Source of the DNA: a virus | Lineage: Duplodnaviria > Caudoviricetes | Strand: one strand, 5' to 3' | DNA: 64,000 bases | Virus record (IMG/VR): IMGVR_UViG_3300037047_000246 | Part shown: positions 17,110-26,569 of the stretch, piece by piece | Layout: each line of letters begins with the position of its first letter | Numbering within the stretch: the stretch's first letter is position 1 | Translations under genes and position numbers: made by a program | The notes under the pieces: model-generated | The model's database searches: none | Told to the model about the DNA's origin: nothing | The model's input: the letters and a program-made list of their open reading frames with translations, nothing else

Positions 17110-17400
17110 TCATGACTGCGACGGCGAACCGGCGGACGGTGTTTCTGGCGTTTTCGCGGGCTCGACGTCGCCTGCGTTCGCATCTTCCGCGACGATGCCG
17201 ATCACCTCGGGCTGGCCGACCATGCGGACGAACGACGGCAGCCGGCACATGTTCTCTTCCACCAGCCGCTTGGCCTCGCGGCCCGCTTGGTCGAACAGCT
17301 GGTGGAGCGTGCAGTCTTTGCCCCACCGGCCGGCCGTCACTTCGACCGTCAGCCGCACCCGTGCGGTGCCGACAATCTTCTTATCATCATTCAGTTTCAT
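17110..17400 (-). CDS. hypothetical protein
   Basis: AAGGCGG upstream of ATG 17400; 96 aa. Confidence 0.65.
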   Translation of the reverse strand: MKLNDDKKIVGTARVRLTVEVTAGRWGKDCTLHQLFDQAGREAKRLVEENMCRLPSFVRMVGQPEVIGIVAEDANAGDVEPAKTPETPSAGSPSQS

Positions 17401-17476
17401 GATCCGCCTTTCTGGTGGAGCGCCACCAGTCGAGTGCCGTTTGGCAGGCTGTAGAGCCGTCGGCTTTTTCCCTTCA

Positions 17477-17869
17477 TCATCGCCTTCCTTCGGGTAGCTG
17501 CGGCGGTGGGGGAGGGCCGTGCGGCATCTTCTCCCGCCAGGCCAGCCAGCGCAGGTATTCCTTGTCGTGCCCACCTTCGTTCTTCAGGTAGTCCTCGGCC
17601 GAGAACCAGTTGATATGTCGGGCCAGCCCGTGCGGATCTTCGTCGCCGTCGTAGATGACCTGCGCGACGGACCGCATCCAGCGCGCGATCGAGTACACCA
17701 TCGCCCTGTCGGGCCCGTGCAGGCAGCTGTATTCGATGGTGATTTTGCGCCCGCGCCGCTTTTCCGGAGGGCCCGCCCACTGGGACCATCTCCAGCTTTG
17801 CCCTGTCGCGCGAATCATCGCGTCGCGCAGCTTCGCAGACCGCGCCGCCACTTCCAAACAAGAGCTCAT
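17477..17869 (-). CDS. hypothetical protein
   Basis: Within ORF 17477..17953; start uncertain. Confidence 0.55.
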   Translation of the reverse strand: MSSCLEVAARSAKLRDAMIRATGQSWRWSQWAGPPEKRRGRKITIEYSCLHGPDRAMVYSIARWMRSVAQVIYDGDEDPHGLARHINWFSAEDYLKNEGGHDKEYLRWLAWREKMPHGPPPPPQLPEGRR

Positions 17870-17974
17870 GCCTTGGTTTACACCAGGGATCCCCAGATTT
17901 TCGCTCGCTGTGAGGCTTGTGATTGAGAGGGGCATGGACAAGCTGCAGCGCATCGCGGGTGGCCGAATGACCCG

Positions 17975-18490
17975 TCAGCTCTCCATCGTCTCCCACACCA
18001 GCCATTCGGCTGCTATCTCTTCCGCTCGCTCGCCTCGGATCTCCGCGAAAACTTCTTTTGAAGACGGCCACAGCGATCCTGGCAGGCTTTCGGGTCCCCA
18101 GCCGAGGTCCTCGGGTGGGACGGCGCACAGCCCGGCGCGCAGGACGATCTCGGCCCCGATGCGCGGCCCGCCCAGCGACAGCACCCCCTCGGACGCGACC
18201 AGCGCCCGAAAGTCGCACGGGCCGCAGAATTCCGCCAGCCGCGCGAGCTTTTCGGCCAGCTGCCGCCTGACGGACGAGCGCAGCTCTTGCAGCATCTGGT
18301 CGATGGACTGGAACCGGCAGTTCGGATCGAACTTGGTCTTGGACGCGCCGGATCGCACTTCGATCAGGTCCAGCATGAACCGGCGCCCAAAGGCGAGCGG
18401 AATGCGCGGCCCTGCAGGCCCAAGGGCCGCGATGGCGTCGTCCACTGTCGGCAGCGCCCCGCCCAAGTTCTCCGGCAAAACCCTCAGCAT
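17975..18490 (-). CDS. hypothetical protein (C-terminal AEWLVWETMES)
   Basis: 171 aa; C-terminus paralogous to 22503..22655. Confidence 0.7.
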   Translation of the reverse strand: MLRVLPENLGGALPTVDDAIAALGPAGPRIPLAFGRRFMLDLIEVRSGASKTKFDPNCRFQSIDQMLQELRSSVRRQLAEKLARLAEFCGPCDFRALVASEGVLSLGGPRIGAEIVLRAGLCAVPPEDLGWGPESLPGSLWPSSKEVFAEIRGERAEEIAAEWLVWETMES

Positions 18491-18595
18491 CGCTCACGGC
18501 CCGCGCAAGATTTTCTTTCAACGCGGCGATTCAACCGCGCAGGCAGACGCATTTTACAGCTTTTGACTGCGCATTTCTGCGTCGTAGGCAGGCCT

Positions 18596-18863
18596 ATGCG
18601 CCTACGACGAGCTCGGCTGGAACGACTGGACGCCCGCCTCCGATTTCGGCGACGTCGAGCGCAAAATCCGCGAGATGTGCGGGAACGGCCGGCTCATCGG
18701 GAACGCCGACGCGTACGCCGACGAGGCGCGCGAAAACTGGGAGGACTACAAGCACATCTGGGAGAAGCACTACCTGAAGGGCAACGCCGACGAGCCGTTC
18801 ACTCCCGAGGAGAGCGCAGAGGTTGACCAACTCGTGAATCAGCAGCGGCAGCAGCGGCCCTAG
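18596..18863 (+). pseudogene. acidic small gene with apparent frameshift just after the start codon
   Basis: atg-c-gcc-tac-gac: the frame AYDELGWNDWTPASDFGDVERKIREMCGNG.. joins ORF 18675..18863. Confidence 0.45.
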
Positions 18864-18971
18864 CTCTCCATCACGCACCACACGGCGCGTTCCTTCGGCC
18901 CCAGCACTCGCACCCCGCGACAATCCCGCGTTCAACGAGACGTTCGCAAAGGAGCTGGCATGACCGGCCTG

Positions 18972-19673
18972 CTACGAGTCGCCGTCGCCCAAAGTGCCCC
19001 GAGGCTCTTCGGGGCAATGCGCCTGCAGCCGCGGCGGCGCCTTTTGGGCTTTGTCGGCCAGAGACCGCATTCCCTCGGCCATCGCGCACGCAGAGACGAA
19101 AGCGTCGATCTCCGTCTTCGCAGCATTCGCCATTCTCTGGGCGGCTTGTCGAAATTGGTCCAGCATGAACGGCATGTCTTCTTTCACTGACCTGATCATC
19201 CTGTCGAGCCTCTTCAAAATTTTTTCTCTGTCATGCTTGCCCAAACTCTTCTTTGACTCGAACGCCGCCGCAATCTCGCCGCGGGCCGCCTCCATCTCTG
19301 CAGCCAGCGATTTCGCGTCGCTTTCGAACCCTGCCTGCACGAGCTGCTGCTCGGTGGGCTCGTCCGGGCATGGCTCCACCGGCTGGCCTCCGAGGCGCAC
19401 GACGGTGCACGGCACGCCTTGCCCTATGTTCATGGTCGTGATGAGCTCGGCGAACTGCGCCGCCGACAAGTTTGCTTCGACTATGTCGCCGTCTTGCCCA
19501 AAAAACCCGTCCTCACCCAGCCTGTGCGTCCGCTCAGCCCTGCCCAGCCGCAGGCGCACAAAGTTTTGGTGATCTGTCAGCGGCGATCCGAACAGCTTTC
19601 CGGGATTCCCGGAGATTCGGGAGAACGACACCATTGCGTGCGACCTGTGCTGCGCCTTGAATTTTTCGTCCAT
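18972..19673 (-). CDS. conserved hypothetical phage protein
   Basis: SHAMVSFSRISG..LFGS....LSAAQFAELITTMNIGQGVPCT matches a widespread phage family (from memory). Confidence 0.8.
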   Translation of the reverse strand: MDEKFKAQHRSHAMVSFSRISGNPGKLFGSPLTDHQNFVRLRLGRAERTHRLGEDGFFGQDGDIVEANLSAAQFAELITTMNIGQGVPCTVVRLGGQPVEPCPDEPTEQQLVQAGFESDAKSLAAEMEAARGEIAAAFESKKSLGKHDREKILKRLDRMIRSVKEDMPFMLDQFRQAAQRMANAAKTEIDAFVSACAMAEGMRSLADKAQKAPPRLQAHCPEEPRGTLGDGDS

Positions 19674-19827
19674 GCCCGCATGTTACAGGCGAAGCCTTTT
19701 TGTAGAGAGGGCCTTTCTCCTGGGGCTTCGCTTTCGGGTCCCTGCTGCATGCCTCCCGAAAGCGAAGCCCGCTCCGCCTGTAGTTTGCTTGCCGGCATTT
19801 CGCTCCGGCGGCAAGGACTGTTTTGAC

Positions 19828-20121
19828 ATGATCGTTCGCAAACCCGGGCAGCCGAAGGCAGATCTTTCCGAGGAGACCACGGCCGAAGTCTTGAAGAAAG
19901 CCAAAGCCCTCATCCGCACCGACTGGGGAGGGCAGAACCCCGATCAGGCCATCTTCCGCAAGCTTCTGGCCGCTGGGATGGAAGCCTCCCCTCAGCTCGT
20001 GGCTGCTTGTTTGGCCATCGCCGAGCAGCAAGTGGCCGGGTGCCGCAGACGCACTTCCAGGCGCTTGAACGAAGCCATCCGCCGCCTGGAGACCGGCCCG
20101 GCCGCCAAAAAGGCGCCCTGA
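19828..20121 (+). CDS. hypothetical protein
   Basis: AAGGA RBS, ATG at 19828. Confidence 0.6.
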   Translation: MIVRKPGQPKADLSEETTAEVLKKAKALIRTDWGGQNPDQAIFRKLLAAGMEASPQLVAACLAIAEQQVAGCRRRTSRRLNEAIRRLETGPAAKKAP

Positions 20122-20171
20122 CCCCGCCCGGACGCGCCGTAAATCTGCGCCGCAAGCGAGTACGCTCTGGC

Positions 20172-22208
20172 ATGAAACTTCATGCTCTGCTTGTGTGCCT
20201 GTCGGCAATCGTTGCCTGCGGAGGGCCGCCTGAAACTGCTGCGGAGAGCCTCGCTGGCGCCTCCGGCGAGTCGGGAGCTTCCGGCGCGGCCGGCGCGCCT
20301 GTCTCCGCTGGCGCTGCCGGCGAATCCAGCTTCGCCGGATCCGCTGGCGCCTCCGGCGAAGCTGGATCGTCGGGCGCAACTGGCGCATCTGGAGCTGCCG
20401 GAGAATCTGGCGCATCTGGAGCTGCCGGAGAATCTGGCGCATCTGGCGCATCGGGCGCGGCCGGAGAATCTGGGTCATCTGGCGCCGCTGGGGCGCCTGC
20501 TGGAGGCGCAGCCGGCGCTGGAGGAGCGGCGACCGAGTGCGCGCCGGGAGCCAAAAACTGCGTGGGGCTGACGCTGCTCGAATGCAACCCGATGGGCTTT
20601 TGGATCCAAAAGCAGCAGTGCCAATATGTCTGCCAATCCGGCAGCTGCGCAGGAGAATGCGTGCCCGGCGCCAGCCAATGTGCCGGGCTTGTGCCGCAGC
20701 ACTGCGACCAATCTGCCGCTTGGCAGCCGTCTCCCGCCTGCCCCTTTGTGTGCCAAAGCGGCGCCTGCGCCGGCGTCTGCGTCCCGGGAGCCCAAGAGTG
20801 CGCAGGCGCTGCGCCTCGCACATGCTCTGCGGCCGGCCAATGGCAGGTAGCCGCGGACTGCCCCTTTGTGTGCCAAAGCGGCGCCTGCGCCGGCGTCTGC
20901 GCTCCAGGCGACTCCAGGTGCTTCGGCGCAGACGTCCAGTCCTGCCATTCGGACGGGCAGTGGCACGTCGAGCAGACTTGCCAGTTCGTCTGCGTCGGCG
21001 GCGCGTGCGCCGGCGCCTGCGTCCCCGGGCAGATGCGATGCTCCGGATCGGCGCTGCAGCAGTGCTCCGCACTCGGCCAGTGGGTCGACGCTGTCGTTTG
21101 CCCGTACGCGTGCCACGAGCTGTCGTGCGCTGGCGTCTGCGTCCCTGGCCAGAAGCAGTGCTCCGGCGCAACTGTCCAGCAGTGCAGCCTGGCCGGGCAG
21201 TGGGCGGACCTGCAAGCCTGCCCGTCCGGCCCCGGCGCCGAGGCCGCGTGCTCGGAAGGCGCCTGCTCGCTTGCGTGCCTGGCTGGCCGGGGCGACTGCA
21301 ACGGCGACATCTCTGACGGCTGCGAGGCCAGCTTGACTGCAAACGACCCCGCCAACTGCGGCGCGTGTGGCCGCGCGTGCGCCAGCGCTGCAGTGTGCAT
21401 CATCGGCAGGTGCGCTCAAACGCTGGCCGTGGAGAGCAGCTCTGTGCTGGACATCAAGATCGATGCGGCGTTCGTCTATTATTCGGTGGAAGGCAAAGTC
21501 ATGAAAGTCGCCAAGAGCGGCGGCACCCCCGTTGCGCTGGCTGCAGGCACGACGGTGACAAATCTGGCTGTCAACAGCTCGCACGTGTTCTGGGTGGACG
21601 GCGGCAACTACGTGCGCAGGGTGAGCAAGAGCGGCGGCGCAACAGACGTGTTGTCCAGCGCAGCCAACATGGCTCAGCAGGTGGTGGCGGACTCGTCTTA
21701 CGTCTACTTTTCCAGCTACGGCTTGATCGCAATCCGCAAAATCCCTGTCGGCGGTGGCGCCGCGACGACGGTGTGCGCGGGGTCCCCGAAGCGCATGGCC
21801 TTGGACTCGGTGCAGGGCGCCGTGCTGTGGACCAATTTCGACTCCGTTCGCGGATGCTCGACGTCAGCGCCGCACTCGTGGGTGGTGGCGTCAGGGCAAA
21901 ACGGCCCGTCAGGCATAGCGATCGACAAAGCGTCAGCCGCCTACTGGACCAACGCGGGCCCTGGCCTGAAGGCCGTGATGGGTCCTGGCGCGGTCGCGAT
22001 TGCTGTCGATGCCGCCTTTGGGCCGATCGCGGTCGACGACAGCCGCGCGTATTGGTACAACTATGTCGAAAGCAAGATCAAGCGCGTATCCAAATATGGC
22101 GGCGCGGTGGAAACTGTGGCATCGTCCGTTGTGGCAAGTGCGATTGCTGTCGACGACGAGTCTGTCTACCACGCGGCGCACAACATCTTGGCAAAGACAG
22201 ACAAATGA
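20172..22208 (+). CDS. myxobacterial-type surface lipoprotein: G/A/S linker, six 40-aa six-Cys repeats, C-terminal beta-propeller-like domain
   Basis: MKLHALLVCLSAIVAC lipobox; 27-bp repeat at 20381-20443; C.PG...C.G....C...GQW....C.FVC..GAC units; IAVDD..VY blade repeats. Confidence 0.85.
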   Translation: MKLHALLVCLSAIVACGGPPETAAESLAGASGESGASGAAGAPVSAGAAGESSFAGSAGASGEAGSSGATGASGAAGESGASGAAGESGASGASGAAGESGSSGAAGAPAGGAAGAGGAATECAPGAKNCVGLTLLECNPMGFWIQKQQCQYVCQSGSCAGECVPGASQCAGLVPQHCDQSAAWQPSPACPFVCQSGACAGVCVPGAQECAGAAPRTCSAAGQWQVAADCPFVCQSGACAGVCAPGDSRCFGADVQSCHSDGQWHVEQTCQFVCVGGACAGACVPGQMRCSGSALQQCSALGQWVDAVVCPYACHELSCAGVCVPGQKQCSGATVQQCSLAGQWADLQACPSGPGAEAACSEGACSLACLAGRGDCNGDISDGCEASLTANDPANCGACGRACASAAVCIIGRCAQTLAVESSSVLDIKIDAAFVYYSVEGKVMKVAKSGGTPVALAAGTTVTNLAVNSSHVFWVDGGNYVRRVSKSGGATDVLSSAANMAQQVVADSSYVYFSSYGLIAIRKIPVGGGAATTVCAGSPKRMALDSVQGAVLWTNFDSVRGCSTSAPHSWVVASGQNGPSGIAIDKASAAYWTNAGPGLKAVMGPGAVAIAVDAAFGPIAVDDSRAYWYNYVESKIKRVSKYGGAVETVASSVVASAIAVDDESVYHAAHNILAKTDK

Positions 22209-22262
22209 GTCCCGAGGCTTTTTGGCGGCTGGCAGTGAAGCTTTGATTGCGCAAGCTCCTGC

Positions 22263-22499
22263 ATGGACAAGTTGCAGCGCATCGCCGCTCGCGTGGCTGG
22301 ATCGGAGCAAGACCAAGCTGACAGGGACGCTGAGGCAGAGGTGCTGGACGCAATGGCCGCAGGAGACAGCTGCGTCCAGAGCGTTTATCTGCAGCTCAAG
22401 CGCAGCGGGCTTTGGGAAGCGCAGCGCGGCTTGCCTTGGTTCCTGGCGTGGCTGGAGAGCCGAGGCTTTTCGCTGGCAGGCTCCGAGATCCGCCTATAG
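22263..22499 (+). CDS. hypothetical protein (MDKLQRIAARVA N-terminus)
   Basis: 78 aa; 5' end duplicated at ~17935. Confidence 0.65.
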   Translation: MDKLQRIAARVAGSEQDQADRDAEAEVLDAMAAGDSCVQSVYLQLKRSGLWEAQRGLPWFLAWLESRGFSLAGSEIRL

Positions 22500-22502
22500 G
22501 CT

Positions 22503-22655
22503 TCAGCTCTCCATTATCTTCGCGACCAGCCATTCGACCGATATCTCTGCAACCCGCCCGCCTCTGGCGATCTCCGCGAAAATCTCGCCGAAGTGCCGGA
22601 CAAAGCGCGGCGCTGCCTTTTCTGGAACTGGAGGCGCGCGCGCAGCGCTTCCCAT
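22503..22655 (-). pseudogene. 50-codon C-terminal remnant paralogous to 17975..18490
   Basis: EIFAEIARGGRVAEISVEWLVAKIMES* versus EVFAEIRGERAEEIAAEWLVWETMES*. Confidence 0.6.
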
Positions 22656-22673
22656 TGTATGATTCGGGTGACC

Positions 22674-23372
22674 ATGTGCAACACATGCAAATTTCTCGAG
22701 GACGAATCCTGCGACGATGCGTCTCCCAACGACTGGTGCCCGAGATACGAGCCAGGCTCGTCAGCCGACAACGCCCGCCTTGCCGCCGAGAAAGCTGGGC
22801 TGGATGAGAAGCACAAGCAGCTCATGGACGGGTACGAGAGCTGCTACGACGCAGCCTCGCTGCAGGGAGATGCGCGCCGCCCCGAAGCGCTGCGGAACTG
22901 GATCGATGCCACCGTAGCTGAGCGCGACCAGCTCGATCGCGAGAACGCGGAGATCGGCGCCGACCGCGACATGATGCGCGGGGCGCAGAAGGAGGCAGAT
23001 CGGCTCCGGCACGGCGTGGCGATCAAAGGCGACTTCGTGTGCCCGAACGGCCTGCGCGCGACCGTAGCCGAGCAGGAGTTGGCAGAGGCGCGCATGTCAA
23101 TCGCCGCGCTGACCGGGGCGATTGCAGACGGCTCGCTGGAGCGCGACAAGCTGGCAGCCGAGCGAGACGAGGCGCGGGAGGCGCTGAAGCAGTGCGCGAA
23201 GGTGCGGCTCGAATACCAGCAGCAGCGCGACGAGTATCGGGCAGTGCTGGAAGACTTATCCTGCGACGGGTGCGAATACGGCGACAACTGCCCTCCGTTT
23301 GGCACCAATCACGGACAGTGTATGCCGTGCAAATGCAGGGAAGCCCTTGACCGGACGAGGAGGGGAGGATGA
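22674..23372 (+). CDS. coiled-coil protein with terminal Cys clusters
   Basis: CNTC..C....C at the N-terminus, heptad-rich middle, CDGCEYGDNC..CMPC at the C-terminus. Confidence 0.7.
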   Translation: MCNTCKFLEDESCDDASPNDWCPRYEPGSSADNARLAAEKAGLDEKHKQLMDGYESCYDAASLQGDARRPEALRNWIDATVAERDQLDRENAEIGADRDMMRGAQKEADRLRHGVAIKGDFVCPNGLRATVAEQELAEARMSIAALTGAIADGSLERDKLAAERDEAREALKQCAKVRLEYQQQRDEYRAVLEDLSCDGCEYGDNCPPFGTNHGQCMPCKCREALDRTRRGG

Positions 23373-23431
23373 GCTGCGCGATGGCGCGAAGATGCGGCTG
23401 CCGCCGCAACGCGCAGGAGCCGCGAGGCGAT

Positions 23432-24103
23432 ATGAAAGACTTGTTGCAGAAGCATGGGCTGACTCCTGAAGAGGCGTTCAAATTAGGTTTGCGCTGCATA
23501 CTGGACCTATGCCCGGAGCAGGTGCAGTTCGAAGCAGTCCAACAAAATGGGTACTTGATACAGTTCATAAAGAATCCGTCCGAACAGGTGCAGCTCGCAG
23601 CAGTCCGGCAGAGCGGCTTCTCAATCCAGTCCATCGAGCAGCCGTCCGAGCAGGTGCAGCTCGAAGCAGTCAAAGAAAACAGGGACTCGATCCGGTTCAT
23701 CGAGCGACCGTACGAGCAAGTTCAGCTCGCAGCAATCAAACAAGATGGGTTTTTGATCCAGTTCCTCAATGACCCGTCCGAACAAGTGCAACTCGAAGCA
23801 ATCCGGCAGAACGGTGAGGCGATTCAATTCGTCAAGAATCCATCCGAACAAATACAGCTTGCAGCAGTTAGGCAGTATGGGCAATCAGTTAGATTCGTCA
23901 AGCGGCCGTCCGAGCAGGTGCAACTCGCAGCAGTCCGTGAGAACGGACTATCGATCCAGCACGTCAAGAACCCGTCCGAGCAAGTGCAGCTCGCAGCAGT
24001 CAGACAGTACGGAGACTCAATTCTGTTCATCAATGATCCGTCGCATGAAATATTGGAGAGATTATTGACGGACTTGGCGATCAGGAGCGTGCAGGACTCG
24101 TGA
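23432..24103 (+). CDS. 22-aa tandem repeat protein (DUF4116-like), 8 repeats
   Basis: PSEQVQLAAVRQxGxSIQFIKN-type units; ends LAIRSVQDS. Confidence 0.85.
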   Translation: MKDLLQKHGLTPEEAFKLGLRCILDLCPEQVQFEAVQQNGYLIQFIKNPSEQVQLAAVRQSGFSIQSIEQPSEQVQLEAVKENRDSIRFIERPYEQVQLAAIKQDGFLIQFLNDPSEQVQLEAIRQNGEAIQFVKNPSEQIQLAAVRQYGQSVRFVKRPSEQVQLAAVRENGLSIQHVKNPSEQVQLAAVRQYGDSILFINDPSHEILERLLTDLAIRSVQDS

Positions 24104-24157
24104 GGTAGCTGACGGCGCAGTGCCGAATGCCTCGGAGCGCCAAACAAATTGAAACTG

Positions 24158-24391
24158 ATGAGCAACCTGAAGCTGGAGCCAAAATGGGAGCGTTGGGAAC
24201 CGGGCGTGCATGTGTACGGCCGCCATGCCCCAGGCAGCCCGGATCCGTACGGCGTATCTGTTTGCCTCGGATCGGATGGCAGGTGGTGCGCGTACGTTAC
24301 CACAATCAAGTCTCCAGGTGATTCTCAACACAGGACTTTGCGCGAAGCAAAAATTGCCGCAGAGAAGGGATACCTGAAGAAGATCGCGTAG
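24158..24391 (+). CDS. hypothetical protein
   Basis: Short coupled ORF. Confidence 0.55.
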   Translation: MSNLKLEPKWERWEPGVHVYGRHAPGSPDPYGVSVCLGSDGRWCAYVTTIKSPGDSQHRTLREAKIAAEKGYLKKIA

Positions 24392-24435
24392 AGCGTAAGT
24401 CATGACAGCGACTATTTCAACTATGGATTTGACGA

Positions 24436-24630
24436 GTGATGATCATGCCTAACATCGCCGCGCTCTTGGCCGGGCGGGACTACGTTGACGACGTGCTTGT
24501 GGCCGATGGACTGTCATTCGCCGACGCGCACATGCTTGCCTATACCAAGAACTGCGCAGAGCCTGGGGACAGCCCATCTTACTACCGAGTCGTTGATGAC
24601 GATTACGAACTACAGAGGTTTGAACCATGA
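24436..24630 (+). CDS. hypothetical protein
   Basis: Short ORF with ATGA overlap to 24627. Confidence 0.55.
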   Translation: MMIMPNIAALLAGRDYVDDVLVADGLSFADAHMLAYTKNCAEPGDSPSYYRVVDDDYELQRFEP

Positions 24631-24986
24631 CCAACGCCGACATTGACCGCATCATCGGGGAGTGGAGCAGCCAAGAATCGAAGTCACTGCGCGACCTGTG
24701 CCGCACCATCGCCACCCGCGCCACCAAGGTGGAGAGGGAGGCGTGTGCCTGTTACCTGTTCGACCGTGCCGAGCAGTACGACCCGAGCACCGGCACGCGC
24801 GCGGCATTCGACGAGTTGATCCGCGACGTTCGAGCGGGCTGGCATGCCGAGTGTTTTGCAGCGGGGGAGTATGACGACCTGCGAGCGGCACGCAAGGTGG
24901 GAGAACTGAAACTGCCCCCGCGCGAAAGCGTTTACAAGATGGCAATGGTGCGAGCGGCCGAAATCCGCGCAAGGGGTGCGAAATGA
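24627..24986 (+). CDS. hypothetical protein
   Basis: 119 aa, coupled at both ends. Confidence 0.65.
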   Translation: MTNADIDRIIGEWSSQESKSLRDLCRTIATRATKVEREACACYLFDRAEQYDPSTGTRAAFDELIRDVRAGWHAECFAAGEYDDLRAARKVGELKLPPRESVYKMAMVRAAEIRARGAK

Positions 24987-25243
24987 GCGAACCGAGCGAC
25001 AAAGACCTATTCTACACCTACCGCATCGCGGTCGAGGCATCTGAGCGCACGCCGGCTTCGGCCGCAGAGGTGGATGGTCTTCGTGCCGTCTTCGAGGCAG
25101 GCCGCGCCGCCGAGAGGGATAGCCGCTTCTCGTACCTTACACGCATCGCGGAAGCGGTCGCTGAGGCCACCATCACGACCGGCAAGGCAAACATTGTTGA
25201 GGCAATTTTGGCAATGGGGATGGGGGTGAAGGATGAAACGTGA
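24983..25243 (+). CDS. hypothetical protein
   Basis: 86 aa, ATGA overlap. Confidence 0.6.
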   Translation: MSEPSDKDLFYTYRIAVEASERTPASAAEVDGLRAVFEAGRAAERDSRFSYLTRIAEAVAEATITTGKANIVEAILAMGMGVKDET

Positions 25244-25446
25244 GCGAGCCTGCGAGCGAATTGTCTGCCAAAATCCATTCCTTTGTGCTGTGGGCCGTTC
25301 TCAGGGCTGTTCTGCGAACCGCTCAAAATATTGGATCCACCATCCATCGCCGACAGGCTACTCGATCGCGGAGTTGGTGACGGGACGGACGAGCGAACTG
25401 CCGCCGGCGGTGCGTAGGTCTGGAACTCTATGGAGTAACAGTCGAG

Positions 25447-25779
25447 ATGAAGCACAAAGGCCGCCACTGGGGCCGCAGCTGGGAAGCGACCGAGGACGTG
25501 TCAGAGCAGCTCGTCGATGGCCGCGTGCGTACTGCGCTTGAGTGCGCGTTCGCGTCAGCTTGCATGGACGTCGAGGCAGGCTCCGAAGAGCTCGCCTCTG
25601 CCAAGGTGAGAAAAACTCCAAACGGAATGTGGAAAGTTTCAGCAACCTGCTGCGGAAAGCTGGCGCACCGAGTGACGTCAAGGTGCGCTTCGTGCGGCGC
25701 AGACGTCATGCCCGGAGGTTCTGATCACCCAATGAACGGGTGCATCGAAGTGGCCGTGCAAGAGGTCATGGAGATCTGA
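25447..25779 (+). CDS. Cys-containing hypothetical protein (C-terminal VQEVMEI)
   Basis: GGAG RBS; 110 aa. Confidence 0.65.
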   Translation: MKHKGRHWGRSWEATEDVSEQLVDGRVRTALECAFASACMDVEAGSEELASAKVRKTPNGMWKVSATCCGKLAHRVTSRCASCGADVMPGGSDHPMNGCIEVAVQEVMEI

Positions 25780-25813
25780 GACCGGCGTAGGCTTTTGATT
25801 CGCGTTGTCGAGC

Positions 25814-26566
25814 ATGACTACAAAAATTGCTCGCGCCGCACGCATGTTTGCCGACAAGCTTGAAGCAAAGAGCACGGCACACCAGAACGCGTCTCGCCAG
25901 TTGATTGCTCTAGCTTTCAGCTTGGCTGCGGATCCGGTGGAAATGCTGCGGCACCGAGCGGCATCTGCATCGAGCGCCAGTGTCAAAGCGGCCTTGACCA
26001 AGGCCGCACAAAGCGTAGCGGCTGCCGGCAGGCTTGCGGCGGACAAAGCTGACCCGCTGGTCGTGCTGCGACAGCAGATTGACCTAGCGAAGGATGCGGA
26101 AGTCAAGAAAGCGCTTGAGGAAGTCCTCGAGAAGCTGGAAGGCTTGCGCTCCAAAGCGGCTTCAGTCCTGGCTGCTGACGACAAAACAGTGTTCACTCGC
26201 ATGAGCGAAATGTTCCCTGACGGCGCGCCGAAGACTCCGCAAGACGACAAAGCTGTGTTTGCCCGCATCGAAGACGTGCTTGGAGACTCAGCGAGCGACC
26301 CTGAGGTCAAGCGCGCCGTGGAAGAGCTCATGCGGGCTTTGGAGCAGTCCGGCCAAACCAAATCCGCCTCTGCGCGTCGTTTGGCCGTGGACGGCGTAAT
26401 CGACGCGAGCACTCTGATCAAGACTTTAGAGGGTGCGCTGCGCGCCGGAAAGCTCACGCCGGAGCAAGAAAAGAATGCCAAGCTGCTGCTGCAGCAGCTG
26501 CAAGAGTCGTCTCAAGACAAGCAAGAAAAAGTGGCCGCACGGCTTGCAGCAAGGTTCGCGCGGTAG
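25814..26566 (+). CDS. helical Ala-rich protein, possibly virion-associated
   Basis: 250 aa; KIARAAR N-terminal and KVAARLAARFAR C-terminal motifs. Confidence 0.75.
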   Translation: MTTKIARAARMFADKLEAKSTAHQNASRQLIALAFSLAADPVEMLRHRAASASSASVKAALTKAAQSVAAAGRLAADKADPLVVLRQQIDLAKDAEVKKALEEVLEKLEGLRSKAASVLAADDKTVFTRMSEMFPDGAPKTPQDDKAVFARIEDVLGDSASDPEVKRAVEELMRALEQSGQTKSASARRLAVDGVIDASTLIKTLEGALRAGKLTPEQEKNAKLLLQQLQESSQDKQEKVAARLAARFAR

Positions 26567-26569
26567 ATT

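Noticed and set aside
23432-24103. CRISPR-like array from 66-bp periodicity
   Set aside because: The periodicity is a coding 22-aa repeat with synonymous variation; there are no identical repeats with unique spacers.
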